Positions 47,156-58,095 of a stretch of DNA of 64,000 nt are shown one piece after another. Made by a program: the position numbers and the translations under genes. The notes under the pieces are model-generated. The model ran no database searches and was not told the origin of the DNA. It saw only the letters and a program-made list of their open reading frames with translations. The DNA is taken from NCBI GenBank assembly GCA_017889545.1, contig JAGFZV010000016.1:9124-73123 (forward strand), written 5' to 3'. Positions within the stretch are counted from its first letter, which is position 1. The number at the start of each line of letters is the position of its first letter. This DNA comes from Bacillota bacterium. Lineage in GTDB: Bacteria; Bacillota; Negativicutes; CTSoil-072.

Positions 47156-48004
47156 TTATGCAGACACAATTCTTTGCTGAAACACAAATCCAATCAATCC
47201 CGGCCCCAGATGAGTTGCCAAAACTGTCCCTCCATCGGTAACCGATAAGCTAAGTCCCGGACAGCATTCCGCTATTCTAGCACACAATTGCTGCGCTTCT
47301 TCCAATGCTTCAATCTGAACCACGCCGACATATTCCAGATCATCGTATTTTTTCAGTTCTTCCAGCAAGCGAGTGATCGCTCGCGCCCGGGTTCTTATCT
47401 TATCCAGCACCGCCACCCGTCCATCTACAAGCTGTAAAATAGGGCGAATTTGCAGTATTCCGCCGAAAAGTGCAGCTGCTCCGCCGATACGCCCGCCACG
47501 ATGCAGGTACTCTAAAGATCCAGGAACAAACATTGTACACGTTGCTTTCGCCAACAGGTGCAAATAATCGGCAATCTCGGCAGCCGGAACCTGATCAGCG
47601 GCTAAACGCAAAGCAGTTTGCGCCATTTTGACCATCCCGATTGCAGTTGTCCCCGAATCAATCACGAATACATTTTTTCCAAGCATTCGGGCGGCAATTT
47701 CAGCGCTTTGCACCGTCCCGCTCAAACCTCCGCTCATTGTGATCACAATGATGTCGGCGCCATTGGCAGATAACGGCTCCATCACGGCCATAAAATCGCC
47801 AGGCGACGGTTGGGAAGTTCTCACTTGAAAATTACTGTCTTTCATCTGTTGAAACAATTGCTCATTCGTTAATTCTCCATCCAACCATACTTGACTGCCA
47901 CGAATTACTTTTAATGGCACTACATGCAAGTTAGCGTATTCTTTTAACATTTGCTGCGGAACATTCGCTGTACTGTCAAGAATTATGTGGATTGTTTTTG
48001 CCAT
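47156..48004 (-). CDS. DegV-family fatty-acid-binding protein (FakB-like)
   Basis: The start is reset to MAKTIHIILDSTANVP, the classic DegV N-terminus. 282 aa. Confidence 0.7.
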   Translation of the reverse strand: MAKTIHIILDSTANVPQQMLKEYANLHVVPLKVIRGSQVWLDGELTNEQLFQQMKDSNFQVRTSQPSPGDFMAVMEPLSANGADIIVITMSGGLSGTVQSAEIAARMLGKNVFVIDSGTTAIGMVKMAQTALRLAADQVPAAEIADYLHLLAKATCTMFVPGSLEYLHRGGRIGGAAALFGGILQIRPILQLVDGRVAVLDKIRTRARAITRLLEELKKYDDLEYVGVVQIEALEEAQQLCARIAECCPGLSLSVTDGGTVLATHLGPGLIGFVFQQRIVSA

Positions 48005-48189
48005 AATCAAGCCCCTTTGTAAATCCTTACCTCTCTTTATTTTATCAGATTTATTCTCGGAGTACATACAAAAACCTGATCCAGCCGTAAGAACTCGCAA
48101 GGCTGCCAAATCGTTGCCAGCAACAAAAAAGGAGTTTAAGGTTTAAAATCGAAGTAATTACTATTCAAATGAGTATGCAGGAGTAATAT

Positions 48190-50343
48190 ATGGGAAAAAA
48201 TCTATTATTTGCGCTGGATATCGGCACCCGAAATGTTGTCGGCCTGGTTGGCAAACGCATCGGCGATTCGATCGATATCCTGGCTGTACACCGGCAAGAG
48301 CATAATACCCGTTCGATGCTGGATGGGCAAATCCATGATGTCCCTGAAGTAGCAAAAGTGATTGCCGCTGTAAAAAATCATCTTGAGGCTTCCGTTGGGC
48401 CGTTGCGGAGAGTATCTGTTGCTGCCGCCGGCCGTGCTTTGTTTACTATTCATACAAGGGCGGAAATAGAGACTTCACTCAGCAAAACGCTGACTTCGGA
48501 CGAGGAAAGAACGCTTGAACTTGCCGCCATTCAAGCTGCACAGAAACAATTGGCCGCAACGAAATCAATTGCAGATCCTGGCAGCTATTATTGCGTTGGC
48601 TACAGTGTTGTGAGTTTCTCGTTGGATCAAACGCCTTTAAAAACTCTGGAGGGACAGCGGGGTAAACTAGCGGCAATCGAGTTAATCGCTACCTTTTTGC
48701 CCCGGCAGGTCATTGATTCACTGCAGTCCGCTCTTGAATCAATCGACTTGGAAATGTCTACGCTGACCCTCGAGCCTATTGCCGCAATCAGTGTCCTGAT
48801 CCCCCCTTCCATGCGCCATCTGAACCTGACACTTGTCGATATTGGCGCGGGAACATCCGACGTTGCCGTCACACGCACGGGGTCGGTTGTGGGTTACGGA
48901 ATGGTGCCTTGTGCCGGTGACGAGATAACCGAAGCGATTTCTTCGAAATTTCTTTTAGACTTTAACGTTGCAGAAACAGTGAAACGTCGCCTCGGCAGCA
49001 GTAAGTCACGGAAAATCCCGTGCACTGACGTTCTGGGTATAAAGCACAAGCTTACCCCAAAAGAAATCATTGACGTCATTTCACCCGATGTAAAAGAATT
49101 GGCTCAGACGATTGCGGACCAAATTCTGGTTCTGAACATTACGCCGCCGCAAGCGGTCTTACTCGTTGGCGGTGGAGCAATGACGCCCTTGCTGCCCGAA
49201 TTTCTTGCCGAAGCATTGAAACTTCCGGCTTCGCGAGTAGGAATCCGAAGGCCCGATAAAAGTGCGGGAATGGTGAAAATTCCTGATGAGTTGTGCGCAC
49301 CGGACGCCGTAACGCCACTCGGCATTTTAAAACTGGCCGATAGCCGCGCTCTGACGTTTGTCAACGTGACTGTCAATAATCAATTACTGCGGCTTTTCAA
49401 CCTTGGCGGCCTCACCATCGGCGATGCCCTGCTGACAGCCGGCATCGATGTACGCAGTCTGCATGGCCGGCCCGGTTTAGGAATTACGGTAAGCATCAAT
49501 GGGCAAACGGCCTTTATTCCCGGCGGCAATCCCGAACCTGGCAGTATCCATAAAAACGGGATCACGGCAAAGATTTCCGATCTCCTGCAAGAACAGGATG
49601 TCATCGAAGTCACCAAAGGCGCCAATGGAATAACTCCTCAGCCCCCTTTACATACTGTTGCGAAAATCCCTTCTTCCTATAACATTACAGTAAACGCTCA
49701 GGACTATGTAATCCAGCCTAAAATCACAATTAACGGCGCACCCGCCTCAACGGATACCCCGTTAACAGATCGGGATCGAATTATCATATACCTCCCAACA
49801 ACCCTTGAAGACGTCATCCAATCGCTTGGTTTTTCGCCGGCGCCAACCCGCTTTTCCTATACAGTCAATGGCCAGCCCCGATTATACAGCGTAGCGCCTC
49901 ATTTCACCGTCAACAATTTACCTGCTGAGTTATCGACTGTTCTTCATAATCACGATACAATCAACATTATTGCGCCTTCGTTTCCGACAATTTCTTCCTT
50001 ACTGGGATTGAATGAAACCGGCAATGAATTTATTACCATCGTATTCAACAATTCCGAGATCCAAATACCCGCATTTCGCTATACCATCCTGTTAAATAAA
50101 CAACCCGCCAAGTTAACTGATACAGCCGTGAACGAAGCTTATATCGACTATGTATGTCATGATCAATCCCATCCTACAATTGGCGAGGTTCTGCTGGCAG
50201 TTGATTTTGATCCCCGAAAACTATCCAGCAGGACGCAAGTAACGATTTTACACAACAACCAGCCGGCTGAATTTACCACCTTAATTCATAACGGCGACCA
50301 AATCCAACTACTCCTTTCAAAGGAAACTGCAGTCAAAGAATGA
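48190..50343 (+). CDS. FtsA-like actin-fold ATPase fused to about five tandem ThiS/MoaD-like beta-grasp repeats
   Basis: The N-terminal ~400 aa has FtsA/actin-fold motifs (LDIGTRNVVGLVG; LVDIGAGTSDVAV; LVGGGAMTPLL). The C-terminal ~310 aa contains repeating modules of the form (I/V)T(V/I)N(G/N)Q...P(A)...GD.I..(I/L), for example TVSINGQTAF...DVIEV, KITINGAPAS...DRIIIY and TILHNNQPAEF...GDQIQL. Confidence 0.5.
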   Translation: MGKNLLFALDIGTRNVVGLVGKRIGDSIDILAVHRQEHNTRSMLDGQIHDVPEVAKVIAAVKNHLEASVGPLRRVSVAAAGRALFTIHTRAEIETSLSKTLTSDEERTLELAAIQAAQKQLAATKSIADPGSYYCVGYSVVSFSLDQTPLKTLEGQRGKLAAIELIATFLPRQVIDSLQSALESIDLEMSTLTLEPIAAISVLIPPSMRHLNLTLVDIGAGTSDVAVTRTGSVVGYGMVPCAGDEITEAISSKFLLDFNVAETVKRRLGSSKSRKIPCTDVLGIKHKLTPKEIIDVISPDVKELAQTIADQILVLNITPPQAVLLVGGGAMTPLLPEFLAEALKLPASRVGIRRPDKSAGMVKIPDELCAPDAVTPLGILKLADSRALTFVNVTVNNQLLRLFNLGGLTIGDALLTAGIDVRSLHGRPGLGITVSINGQTAFIPGGNPEPGSIHKNGITAKISDLLQEQDVIEVTKGANGITPQPPLHTVAKIPSSYNITVNAQDYVIQPKITINGAPASTDTPLTDRDRIIIYLPTTLEDVIQSLGFSPAPTRFSYTVNGQPRLYSVAPHFTVNNLPAELSTVLHNHDTINIIAPSFPTISSLLGLNETGNEFITIVFNNSEIQIPAFRYTILLNKQPAKLTDTAVNEAYIDYVCHDQSHPTIGEVLLAVDFDPRKLSSRTQVTILHNNQPAEFTTLIHNGDQIQLLLSKETAVKE

Positions 50344-50356
50344 GAGAACCGCATCC

Positions 50357-50404
50357 AAAAATAGAGACCGGAGAGCATCGATGTGCTGTCCGGTCTCTAT
50401 TTTG
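50357..50404. terminator. bidirectional terminator between the ftsA-like gene (+) and crp (-)
   Basis: 12-bp stem atagagaccgga/tccggtctctat with flanking A- and T-runs. Confidence 0.55.
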
Positions 50405-50442
50405 GATATTGCAATGACAACGGCAATCCAGTTCAGCCAAAG

Positions 50443-51141
50443 TTATGAAATCAGTGCTTTTAAATCCTCAAGGTCAAGAATCGTGATCTGGTGACCATCT
50501 ATTTCAATAATACCATCTTTTTTCAAAGCACTGAGCGTGCGGGTTACTGTTTCCCTAGTCGTTCCTACCAAGGCCGCCAAATCCTGACGCGAAAAATCCA
50601 AACTCAAAGCAGCACTGCCTTTAGAATGTTCCACCCCTTGTTGCTGAAGCAATTTTAAAAGCACCGCCGCAGTACGGGTTTTTACATCGCTTAATGCCAA
50701 ATCCTTAATTTTCCCCTGAGCAAACAGCAACCGGCGGCTAAGTTCCCGTATCAAATGCAATGCCAATAAATTATTTTGCATCACCAATTTTTCCAGTTCA
50801 GCATTGCGAATCACGCCAACCCGGGAATCCTCGACAGCAATCGCCGTGGCTGGATAAGCAGCATTATTAAATAATAACACTTCAGCAAATAAATCTCCCG
50901 AGCCCAAAATATTAATAATATGTTCGCGGCCATCGTCACTTGTTTTTACGATTTTTACTTTTCCTGTCTGTACGTAGTAGAAACCGTCGCCAGGATCCCC
51001 TTCAAGAAAAATCGTCGTTCCCTTACGATAGAGACGTTCCGCCGTTTTTGCATGAATTTGTTCCAGCTGCACGTCAGTAAGTTCTGCAAAAATCGGGATA
51101 TTGCGTAAATACTGGATTTCATGATGATCCGTTTTCGCCAT
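50443..51141 (-). CDS. Crp/Fnr family transcriptional regulator
   Basis: 232-aa cNMP-binding domain plus HTH (RQDLAALVGTTRETVTRTLSAL), immediately upstream of the heme operon. Confidence 0.6.
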   Translation of the reverse strand: MAKTDHHEIQYLRNIPIFAELTDVQLEQIHAKTAERLYRKGTTIFLEGDPGDGFYYVQTGKVKIVKTSDDGREHIINILGSGDLFAEVLLFNNAAYPATAIAVEDSRVGVIRNAELEKLVMQNNLLALHLIRELSRRLLFAQGKIKDLALSDVKTRTAAVLLKLLQQQGVEHSKGSAALSLDFSRQDLAALVGTTRETVTRTLSALKKDGIIEIDGHQITILDLEDLKALIS

Positions 51142-51203
51142 TGATCACGTTCTCCTTCTCGCTGCAGTCAAATGCTTCATTGCTTATAGCATAAAAGGCA
51201 GCT

Positions 51204-52508
51204 TCACGCTTGTCGCGCCAGTTTTTGAAAGGCGATACTGCTGGCAGCAATTGTTGCCTCGATGTCTGCATCCGTATGCGCAATCGACATAAACCCGGCT
51301 TCAAATTGTGAAGGAGCCAAGTAAATACCCTGTTCCAGCATAGAGTGAAAATACCGGTTGAAAGCGCCCACATCCGAACACTTGGCGGTTTCGTAATCAA
51401 CCACCTCTTGATCGGAAAAGAATGTACAGAACATCGTCCCAATATGATGAAACTGCAAATGAAATCCGTACTTTTCCGCCTCATTCCGGATGCCATTGCA
51501 CATCCGCTGGGTCAGAACTGTCATCCGCGTATACAGGTCCGGATCATCTTCCAGAATTTTCAATGTAGTAATCCCTGCTACCATCGCCAGCGGGTTGCCG
51601 CTTAACGTACCCGCCTGATAGACCGGACCTGCCGGCGAAATCAGTTCCATGATTTCCCTGCGGCCGCCATAAGCGCCAACCGGCAAACCACCGCCAATCA
51701 CCTTGCCCAAGCAGGTCAAATCCGGTTTAATTCCGTAAACCGACTGTGCACCACCAAACGCAACTCGGAAACCCGACATCACCTCATCAAAAATCAGCAG
51801 AGCGCCATGGGCAGCAGTAATTTTGCGCACTTGGGCCAAGTAACCCTGTTTTGGCAAAACCAATCCCATGTTTCCTGGAACGGGTTCAATAATGACTGCG
51901 GCAATATCCTCGCCTTGCCGGGCAAAAACTTCCGCCAAGGTTTCCGCGTCATTATAAGGGACCGTAATTGTTCCGGCAGCAACATTGCCAGGCACGCCAG
52001 GGCTATCCGGCGTTCCCAGCGTCAAGGCGCCGGATCCGGCCTTGACCAGTAAACTGTCATGGTGGCCATGGTAACAGCCGGCAAATTTAATAATCTTATT
52101 TCTTCCGGTATAGGCCCGCGCCAAGCGAAGAACGCTCATTGTCGCTTCCGTACCGGAGTTAACCATTCTGACCATTTCCATAGAGGGGACAATCTGCGTA
52201 ATTTTCTTTGCCAACTCTGTTTCCAGCAATGTCGGCGCTCCATAGCTCGTTCCCCGGGTAGCCGCCTGCTGCAGCGCCTGGATGACGTCGGGGTGGGCAT
52301 GACCTAAAATCATCGGCCCCCAAGAGCCAACATAATCGATGTATGTATTGCCATCAATGTCTGTTAATCGACTGCCTGAACCGCTGGCAATGAACGGCGG
52401 CGTCCCGCCTACGCCTCGAAAAGACCGAACGGGACTGTTAACCCCACCGGGAATATATTGTTTTGCTTCGGCAAACGCCGCTGCCGACTTCTCCAAATGA
52501 ATACTCAT
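51204..52508 (-). CDS. hemL: glutamate-1-semialdehyde 2,1-aminomutase
   Basis: 434-aa PLP aminotransferase class III with the HemL N-terminus ([23 protein letters not shown]). Confidence 0.85.
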   Translation of the reverse strand: MSIHLEKSAAAFAEAKQYIPGGVNSPVRSFRGVGGTPPFIASGSGSRLTDIDGNTYIDYVGSWGPMILGHAHPDVIQALQQAATRGTSYGAPTLLETELAKKITQIVPSMEMVRMVNSGTEATMSVLRLARAYTGRNKIIKFAGCYHGHHDSLLVKAGSGALTLGTPDSPGVPGNVAAGTITVPYNDAETLAEVFARQGEDIAAVIIEPVPGNMGLVLPKQGYLAQVRKITAAHGALLIFDEVMSGFRVAFGGAQSVYGIKPDLTCLGKVIGGGLPVGAYGGRREIMELISPAGPVYQAGTLSGNPLAMVAGITTLKILEDDPDLYTRMTVLTQRMCNGIRNEAEKYGFHLQFHHIGTMFCTFFSDQEVVDYETAKCSDVGAFNRYFHSMLEQGIYLAPSQFEAGFMSIAHTDADIEATIAASSIAFQKLARQA

Positions 52509-52532
52509 ATTTTGCCTCCTCTTGTCAAATTG

Positions 52533-53510
52533 TCAAGATTCTTGCAACCAACGGGCAGCATCCAAGGCATGATACGTAATGATCATCTCGGCGCCCGCAC
52601 GTTTCATTCCCAGCAGTGTCTCCAGAACAATTTGCCGCTCATCCACCCATCCATTCGCCGCTGCCGCTTTCACCATAGCATATTCGCCACTTACGTTATA
52701 AACAGCAACCGGAAGATCAAAGCTGTCTCGAACCTGCCGCACAACATCCAAATAAGCCAACGCCGGTTTTACCATGATAATGTCGGCGCCCTCTTCAATA
52801 TCCAACGCCACTTCCCGCAGCGCTTCCCGGACATTGGCCGGATCCATCTGATACGTCTTTCGATCGCCAAATTGAGGCGCAGAGTCAGCGGCTTCCCGGA
52901 AAGGTCCATAGTAAGCCGATGCATATTTGGCTGCATACGACATAATCGCAACTTGTTCATAGCCCCGACTGTCAAGGGCCTCCCGGATCGCACGAACCCG
53001 CCCATCCATCATATCGGATGGAGCGACCATATCCGCACCGGCTTCGGCATGACTCAATGCAACCCGCCCCAGCAAACTTAATGTGAGATCATTGTCAACA
53101 TTCTGCCCGCGAAGCAACCCGCAATGGCCATGGCTGGTATATTGACACAGACAAACATCGGTTATTACAGTCAACTCCGGAATTTCCTTCTTAATGAGGC
53201 GAACCGCCTTCTGCACAGGGCTGGCCGGATCCCAGGCACTGGACCCCTGATCATCTTTGTATTCCGGCAAACCAAAAACCAATACAGCCGGAATGCCAAG
53301 TCCATAAGCTTCCCGTGCCACTTCCAAAGCCATGTCAACCGATAAATGACAAGAGCCCGGCAAAGAAGGAATTTCGCACTGCACATTTTCTCCCGGTACA
53401 ACAAACAATGGATAAATAAGATCCGCTGCATTGAGCTCGGTCTCCCTTACCATATTCCTGATCGTCGGAGACCTCCTTAGCCGTCTCGGTCGAATAAATG
53501 GTCTGCTCAT
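52533..53510 (-). CDS. hemB: porphobilinogen synthase (delta-aminolevulinate dehydratase)
   Basis: 325-aa HemB signature ([18 protein letters not shown]...; active-site Lys region). Confidence 0.85.
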   Translation of the reverse strand: MSRPFIRPRRLRRSPTIRNMVRETELNAADLIYPLFVVPGENVQCEIPSLPGSCHLSVDMALEVAREAYGLGIPAVLVFGLPEYKDDQGSSAWDPASPVQKAVRLIKKEIPELTVITDVCLCQYTSHGHCGLLRGQNVDNDLTLSLLGRVALSHAEAGADMVAPSDMMDGRVRAIREALDSRGYEQVAIMSYAAKYASAYYGPFREAADSAPQFGDRKTYQMDPANVREALREVALDIEEGADIIMVKPALAYLDVVRQVRDSFDLPVAVYNVSGEYAMVKAAAANGWVDERQIVLETLLGMKRAGAEMIITYHALDAARWLQES

Positions 53511-55036
53511 TTTTCCGCCTCCCCTGCAACCAGCAATACAATTGCATCAACTAATCCTTGTATTGTATATTCACTGGCGATACAATCCGTCGCAATTCCG
53601 TGTTCCTGACAAGTTAACGCAGTGATCGGCCCAATGCAGGCCGTTTTCGCATGCGAAATTAATTCTGTCCCCCGTTCTCCCAGTATACTGAGTAAATTGG
53701 TGACAGTTGAGGAACTGGTAAAAGTAATGAAATCAATCGCGCCAGACGCCAGTTCTTTCACCAAATAACCGCCATCCGCATCGCCGATTTCGGTACGGTA
53801 GGCTTCCACTACATCCACGACGGCGCCAATTTCCGCCAACTGCTTGGGCAGCACATCACGGGCCACTGCCGCGCGTGCAATGAGCACCTTCGCGCCAGGC
53901 TGCAACCTGTCTTGCAAGGCGGCAACAATGCCTTCAGCCCGGAATTCCAAGGGAACAACGTCTGCTTTGATCCCGTTCTCACGCAAACGCTCTGCGGTCT
54001 GCGAGCCAATCGCTGCAATCTGGATACCGGCTAAGGCCCGGCTGTCAAGGCCGGCCGCCCATAACCGCCGATAAAAATAATCCACACCATTCGCACTGGT
54101 AAAAATCAGCCATTGATAGCTAAATAAATTGTCAATCGCTGCATCAAGAGCGGCGAAGCTTTCCGGCGGAACAATTTTAATTGCCGGCGCCTCAAAACAT
54201 TCCGCACCGAGAGCTTCCAATTTATCCGTCAGCAGGCTCGCCTGCTCCCGGGCACGGGTAACCAATATTCTTTTACCGAATAACGGACGCTTGTCAAACC
54301 AAGCCAACTGTTCCCGCAGGTTCACTACATCACCGACAATAAAAATAGCCGGCGGCTTGATTCCCTGCCGGGCTACCTCTTGTGCTGCCCGTCCTATCGT
54401 AGTAACCAACGTTTGCTGCTCCGGCTTCGTACCCCAGCGAATAACCGCTGCAGGCGTAGTTTCCGGCCGCCCATTGGCAATTAAACTAGCCGTAATATGC
54501 GGCAAATTTTCAACGCCCATTAAAAACACCAGGGTATCGACACTGGTCGCAAGTTTATCCCACCGAATGGAAGACTCGGATTTATCGGGATCCTCGTGGC
54601 CTGTGATCACTGCAAAAGAAGCTGCAACTCCCCGATGCGTAACCGGAATACCCGCATAAGCCGGAACGGAAATCGCAGAGGTGATACCGGGCACAATCTC
54701 AAAAAGTATTCCCGCTTCCTTTAGTTTTATCGCTTCTTCACCGCCGCGCCCAAACACAAAGGGATCGCCGCCTTTCAGGCGAACGACCGTTTTTCCCGCA
54801 AGTGCTTTATCGACAAGCAATTGATTGATGTCTTCCTGTCGCATCGTATGATCGCTGGAAGCCTTGCCTACATAGACCAATTCCGCGTCAGAACGCGCAT
54901 CACGCAATAAACGGCTGTCTGCCAAACGATCGTAAACAATCGTATCCGCTTCGCGGATACAGTCTACAGCCTTCAAACTGATCAGCCGGTAATCTCCCGG
55001 CCCGGCTCCCACTAAATATACTTTACCGTTCTTCAC
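53507..55036 (-). CDS. bifunctional uroporphyrinogen-III C-methyltransferase / uroporphyrinogen-III synthase (CobA-HemD fusion)
   Basis: N-terminal SUMT motif ([18 protein letters not shown]) and a C-terminal HemD domain. 509 aa. Confidence 0.8.
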   Translation of the reverse strand: MKNGKVYLVGAGPGDYRLISLKAVDCIREADTIVYDRLADSRLLRDARSDAELVYVGKASSDHTMRQEDINQLLVDKALAGKTVVRLKGGDPFVFGRGGEEAIKLKEAGILFEIVPGITSAISVPAYAGIPVTHRGVAASFAVITGHEDPDKSESSIRWDKLATSVDTLVFLMGVENLPHITASLIANGRPETTPAAVIRWGTKPEQQTLVTTIGRAAQEVARQGIKPPAIFIVGDVVNLREQLAWFDKRPLFGKRILVTRAREQASLLTDKLEALGAECFEAPAIKIVPPESFAALDAAIDNLFSYQWLIFTSANGVDYFYRRLWAAGLDSRALAGIQIAAIGSQTAERLRENGIKADVVPLEFRAEGIVAALQDRLQPGAKVLIARAAVARDVLPKQLAEIGAVVDVVEAYRTEIGDADGGYLVKELASGAIDFITFTSSSTVTNLLSILGERGTELISHAKTACIGPITALTCQEHGIATDCIASEYTIQGLVDAIVLLVAGEAEK

Positions 55037-55991
55037 TATGATTGCCTCCTGTCACAGTAAAATCCTCAAGCGCTGCTAATATCTCCCGGCCCCCGGCCGC
55101 CAGCATTCGCTTCGCCAACTCATCACCAAGCGCCTCACCGTCTGCAGCATCCCCACATACTTGATCCTTAATCATCGTTTGCCCGTCAACAGAAGCAATC
55201 AATGCCGATAAACTCAACCGCTGCCCGGAAATTTCCCCATATACTCCGACCGGAACTTGGCAGCCCCCCTCTATCACACGCAAAAAAGCCCGCTCGGCAA
55301 ATACTGCTGCACGGGTTTCCTGATCATTCAAAAAAGACAGCAATTCCAAGACTTCAACATCATCTTGCCGGGCTTCAATCGCCAAAGCTCCCTGCCCAAC
55401 AGCCGGCAAACAAATAGAATGCGGCAACACCTGGGAAATCTCCTGTTCCCAGTCCAAACGTTTTAATCCCGCAACAGCAAGAATAATAGCGTCCAGTTCC
55501 TGTGTTCTCACCTTATTCAGCCTGGTATCCAGGTTTCCCCGCAAATCGCTGATCAGCAAATCCGGACGATAGTGTAACAACTGTGCACGACGACGCAAAC
55601 TAGAAGTTCCAACCCGGGCGCCACGCGGTAATTCATCCAGCGTTGAAAAACGGGGGCTGATCAAAGCATCTCCCGGATCCGCGCGTCGCGTAACAGCTGC
55701 AAGGGTCAATCCCGGCGGCAATTCCGTCGGCATATCTTTCAAGCTATGAACAGCCAGATCGATCTCGCCCTGCAGCATGGCAGTCTCCAGCTCTTTGGTG
55801 AATAATCCTTTTCCGCCAATTTTTGCCAGAGGCACATCCAAGATGCGATCGCCGGTCGTGACGATCCGGACAATGGTCACTTCAACGGATGGATAGCGCG
55901 TCCGTATTGACTCAGCAATATGGTTCGCCTGCCACAGCGCCAGCTTACTTCCGCGCGTACCGATAACAAGATTTTTTTTCAATGGTGACAT
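55023..55991 (-). CDS. hemC: hydroxymethylbilane synthase (porphobilinogen deaminase)
   Basis: VIGTRGSKLALWQANHI N-terminal signature. Its start appears to overlap the hemA 3' end. Confidence 0.85.
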   Translation of the reverse strand: MSPLKKNLVIGTRGSKLALWQANHIAESIRTRYPSVEVTIVRIVTTGDRILDVPLAKIGGKGLFTKELETAMLQGEIDLAVHSLKDMPTELPPGLTLAAVTRRADPGDALISPRFSTLDELPRGARVGTSSLRRRAQLLHYRPDLLISDLRGNLDTRLNKVRTQELDAIILAVAGLKRLDWEQEISQVLPHSICLPAVGQGALAIEARQDDVEVLELLSFLNDQETRAAVFAERAFLRVIEGGCQVPVGVYGEISGQRLSLSALIASVDGQTMIKDQVCGDAADGEALGDELAKRMLAAGGREILAALEDFTVTGGNHSEER

Positions 55992-57261
55992 CCTCTCCTA
56001 AATCATCCAGATGAAACAAACTGCGTAAAGCTTCCTGGTAATACTGTTCCTTATCGGTTCCAGCCACTTCATTCATTCTGATCATCGGTTCGCGTAATAA
56101 TTTGCGAACTAACATTTTTGACATATTTTCCAATACTTTTCGTTCCTCAGCGGTACAATCCGGCAATTTAGCCAATGCCCTTTTCATTTCCCGCTGCCGT
56201 ATCCGCTCCGCCTTATCTTTTAACAAGGCAAGCGTCGGTTGAAACGACAAATAGCGAAACTTGGCAACCAGTTCAGCCAGTTCTTCTTCCACAATGCCAT
56301 CAGCAATCAGAGCTTCTTTTTCCCGGCCGCGCAAATTGGATTCAACCACAGCTTCCAAATCGTCAATATTATGCAAACTGACGCCGGCAATCGCTGCCAC
56401 CTCCGGTTCGACGTCCCGCGGCACGGCAATATCGATAAAAATAATCGGACGTCCCTTGCGTTTCGGCATAATGTGCGCCACTTCTCTGGATCGGACAATA
56501 TAGTGCGGCGCTCCAGTCGAAGTAATCACGATATCGGCGTCCACTGCCGCCTTCATAAAACGATCAAACGGTACCGCAACGCCCTTAAAATTCTCCGCCA
56601 ATCGAACAGCCCGGTCATAATTCCGATTGGAAACGAAGACCGTTTTTACTCCATTGGCAACAAGATGGCGAGCCGTCAATTCACCCATTTCGCCGGCGCC
56701 AAGGATCAACACATTCGATTGAGATAAATCGCCAAACGTTTTTTTCGCCAGTTCCACCGCAGCATAGCTGACCGACACGGCACTGTACGCAATGCGGGTT
56801 TCCGTCCGTACTTTTTTCCCTACCGCAATCGCCCGGTTAAATAAAGTATTTAATACCGTTCTGGTTGTCCCTGCATCGCGGCCGATTGCATAGGCGTCCT
56901 TCACTTGGCTCAATATCTGGCCCTCGCCAATCACAAGTGAATCCAGTCCGGATGCGACCCGGAACAAATGACGGATACAGGCTTCTTCCACATAATAAAA
57001 AAAATACTCTCCGACTTGCGGATCGCTGGCCGCCATTTTTTTAAAATAAGTGCACAGCACAGGGTAAGCCTCTTGAACATCCGTAACTACAGCATACAAT
57101 TCAGTGCGGTTACAGGTAGATAAAATGACGCACTCGTCAATCATATCCTGTTCCCGCATGTGATGCAGAGCCACCCGAATCTGCTCTTCAGAAAATGAAA
57201 ATTGTTCCCGAACTTCTACGGGTGCAGTTTTATGGTTTAATCCCAATACAATCAATTGCAT
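55945..57261 (-). CDS. hemA: glutamyl-tRNA reductase
   Basis: The start is reset to MQLIVLGLNHKTAPVEVRE. The active-site Cys context (LSTCNRTELY) and an NADP Rossmann motif (LILGAGEMG) are present. Confidence 0.85.
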   Translation of the reverse strand: MQLIVLGLNHKTAPVEVREQFSFSEEQIRVALHHMREQDMIDECVILSTCNRTELYAVVTDVQEAYPVLCTYFKKMAASDPQVGEYFFYYVEEACIRHLFRVASGLDSLVIGEGQILSQVKDAYAIGRDAGTTRTVLNTLFNRAIAVGKKVRTETRIAYSAVSVSYAAVELAKKTFGDLSQSNVLILGAGEMGELTARHLVANGVKTVFVSNRNYDRAVRLAENFKGVAVPFDRFMKAAVDADIVITSTGAPHYIVRSREVAHIMPKRKGRPIIFIDIAVPRDVEPEVAAIAGVSLHNIDDLEAVVESNLRGREKEALIADGIVEEELAELVAKFRYLSFQPTLALLKDKAERIRQREMKRALAKLPDCTAEERKVLENMSKMLVRKLLREPMIRMNEVAGTDKEQYYQEALRSLFHLDDLGEDVTIEKKSCYRYARK

Positions 57262-57877
57262 CGTTAATCTTTGCCTCCGCCTCTTGCATTCTGCCCTGCC
57301 GCAGCAGAGCCAATATTTCACTATCCAATGTTTCCCGCCAAAAACAAACCCTCTCATCGGCGGAATGGATACGATTTTTCACTTTTTGCCGCGCCTTTGC
57401 GATCAATTCCAAGTACTGGCCATACTCCGGGCCATATTCTGCCGCTAATTTCTCCCGCAAACGCCGGGATAACGCGGGACTATGACCGCCTGTCGAGACC
57501 GTCAACAAAAGGTCGCCCCGGGCCACTTGCGCCGGCACCAAAAAATCGCCCTTCTCAGGCGCATCAACCACATTCACTAAAATACGTTGTGCCTGAGCTT
57601 CTTCGCTTACAAGACGATTAATTTCCGAACGATCAGCAGCACAGATAACCAATAAATGGCCTGTTGTATCTCCCGTTTGATACGGCCTGTCGACATGAAT
57701 AATTTGTCTGTCAGCAGCCAACTTTGCAAGTCCATCCGTCAAGCGCGGACTGATGACCGTTACAACAGCCCCGGCAAGCAGCAAAGACCGTACTTTGCGC
57801 TCTGCCACTGCGCCGCCGCCAATAACCAGGCAAGGCTTCCCTTCAATCAGCAGGTTCACCGGATAACAGTTCACCAT
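57230..57877 (-). CDS. sirC: precorrin-2 dehydrogenase / sirohydrochlorin ferrochelatase (SirC/Met8-like)
   Basis: 215 aa with the N-terminal NAD motif (LVIGGGAVAERK). It is the first gene of the heme operon. Confidence 0.7.
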   Translation of the reverse strand: MVNCYPVNLLIEGKPCLVIGGGAVAERKVRSLLLAGAVVTVISPRLTDGLAKLAADRQIIHVDRPYQTGDTTGHLLVICAADRSEINRLVSEEAQAQRILVNVVDAPEKGDFLVPAQVARGDLLLTVSTGGHSPALSRRLREKLAAEYGPEYGQYLELIAKARQKVKNRIHSADERVCFWRETLDSEILALLRQGRMQEAEAKINDAIDCIGIKP

Positions 57878-57988
57878 GGATCACCCACTTCAGTAAAATT
57901 CTAAAATCACATCGATTTCTATACTATGCACCAATATTATAGCACATTCTGCCACGTCGTTTCACTAAGACATTCAGGGAAAACACTG

Positions 57989-58018
57989 CAAAAAAAAAGT
58001 GCCCCCACGACGGGGGCC
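57989..58018 (-). terminator. Rho-independent terminator after the LCP gene (minus strand)
   Basis: GCCCCC-acgac-GGGGGC hairpin followed on the minus strand by a 9-nt U-run. Confidence 0.6.
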
Positions 58019-58095
58019 AAAGCGAGGGTGTACTAATTACGTACGTGAAAATTATAACACCTGTAATCATTATTATGCAATATTTTTTTGTTTTT

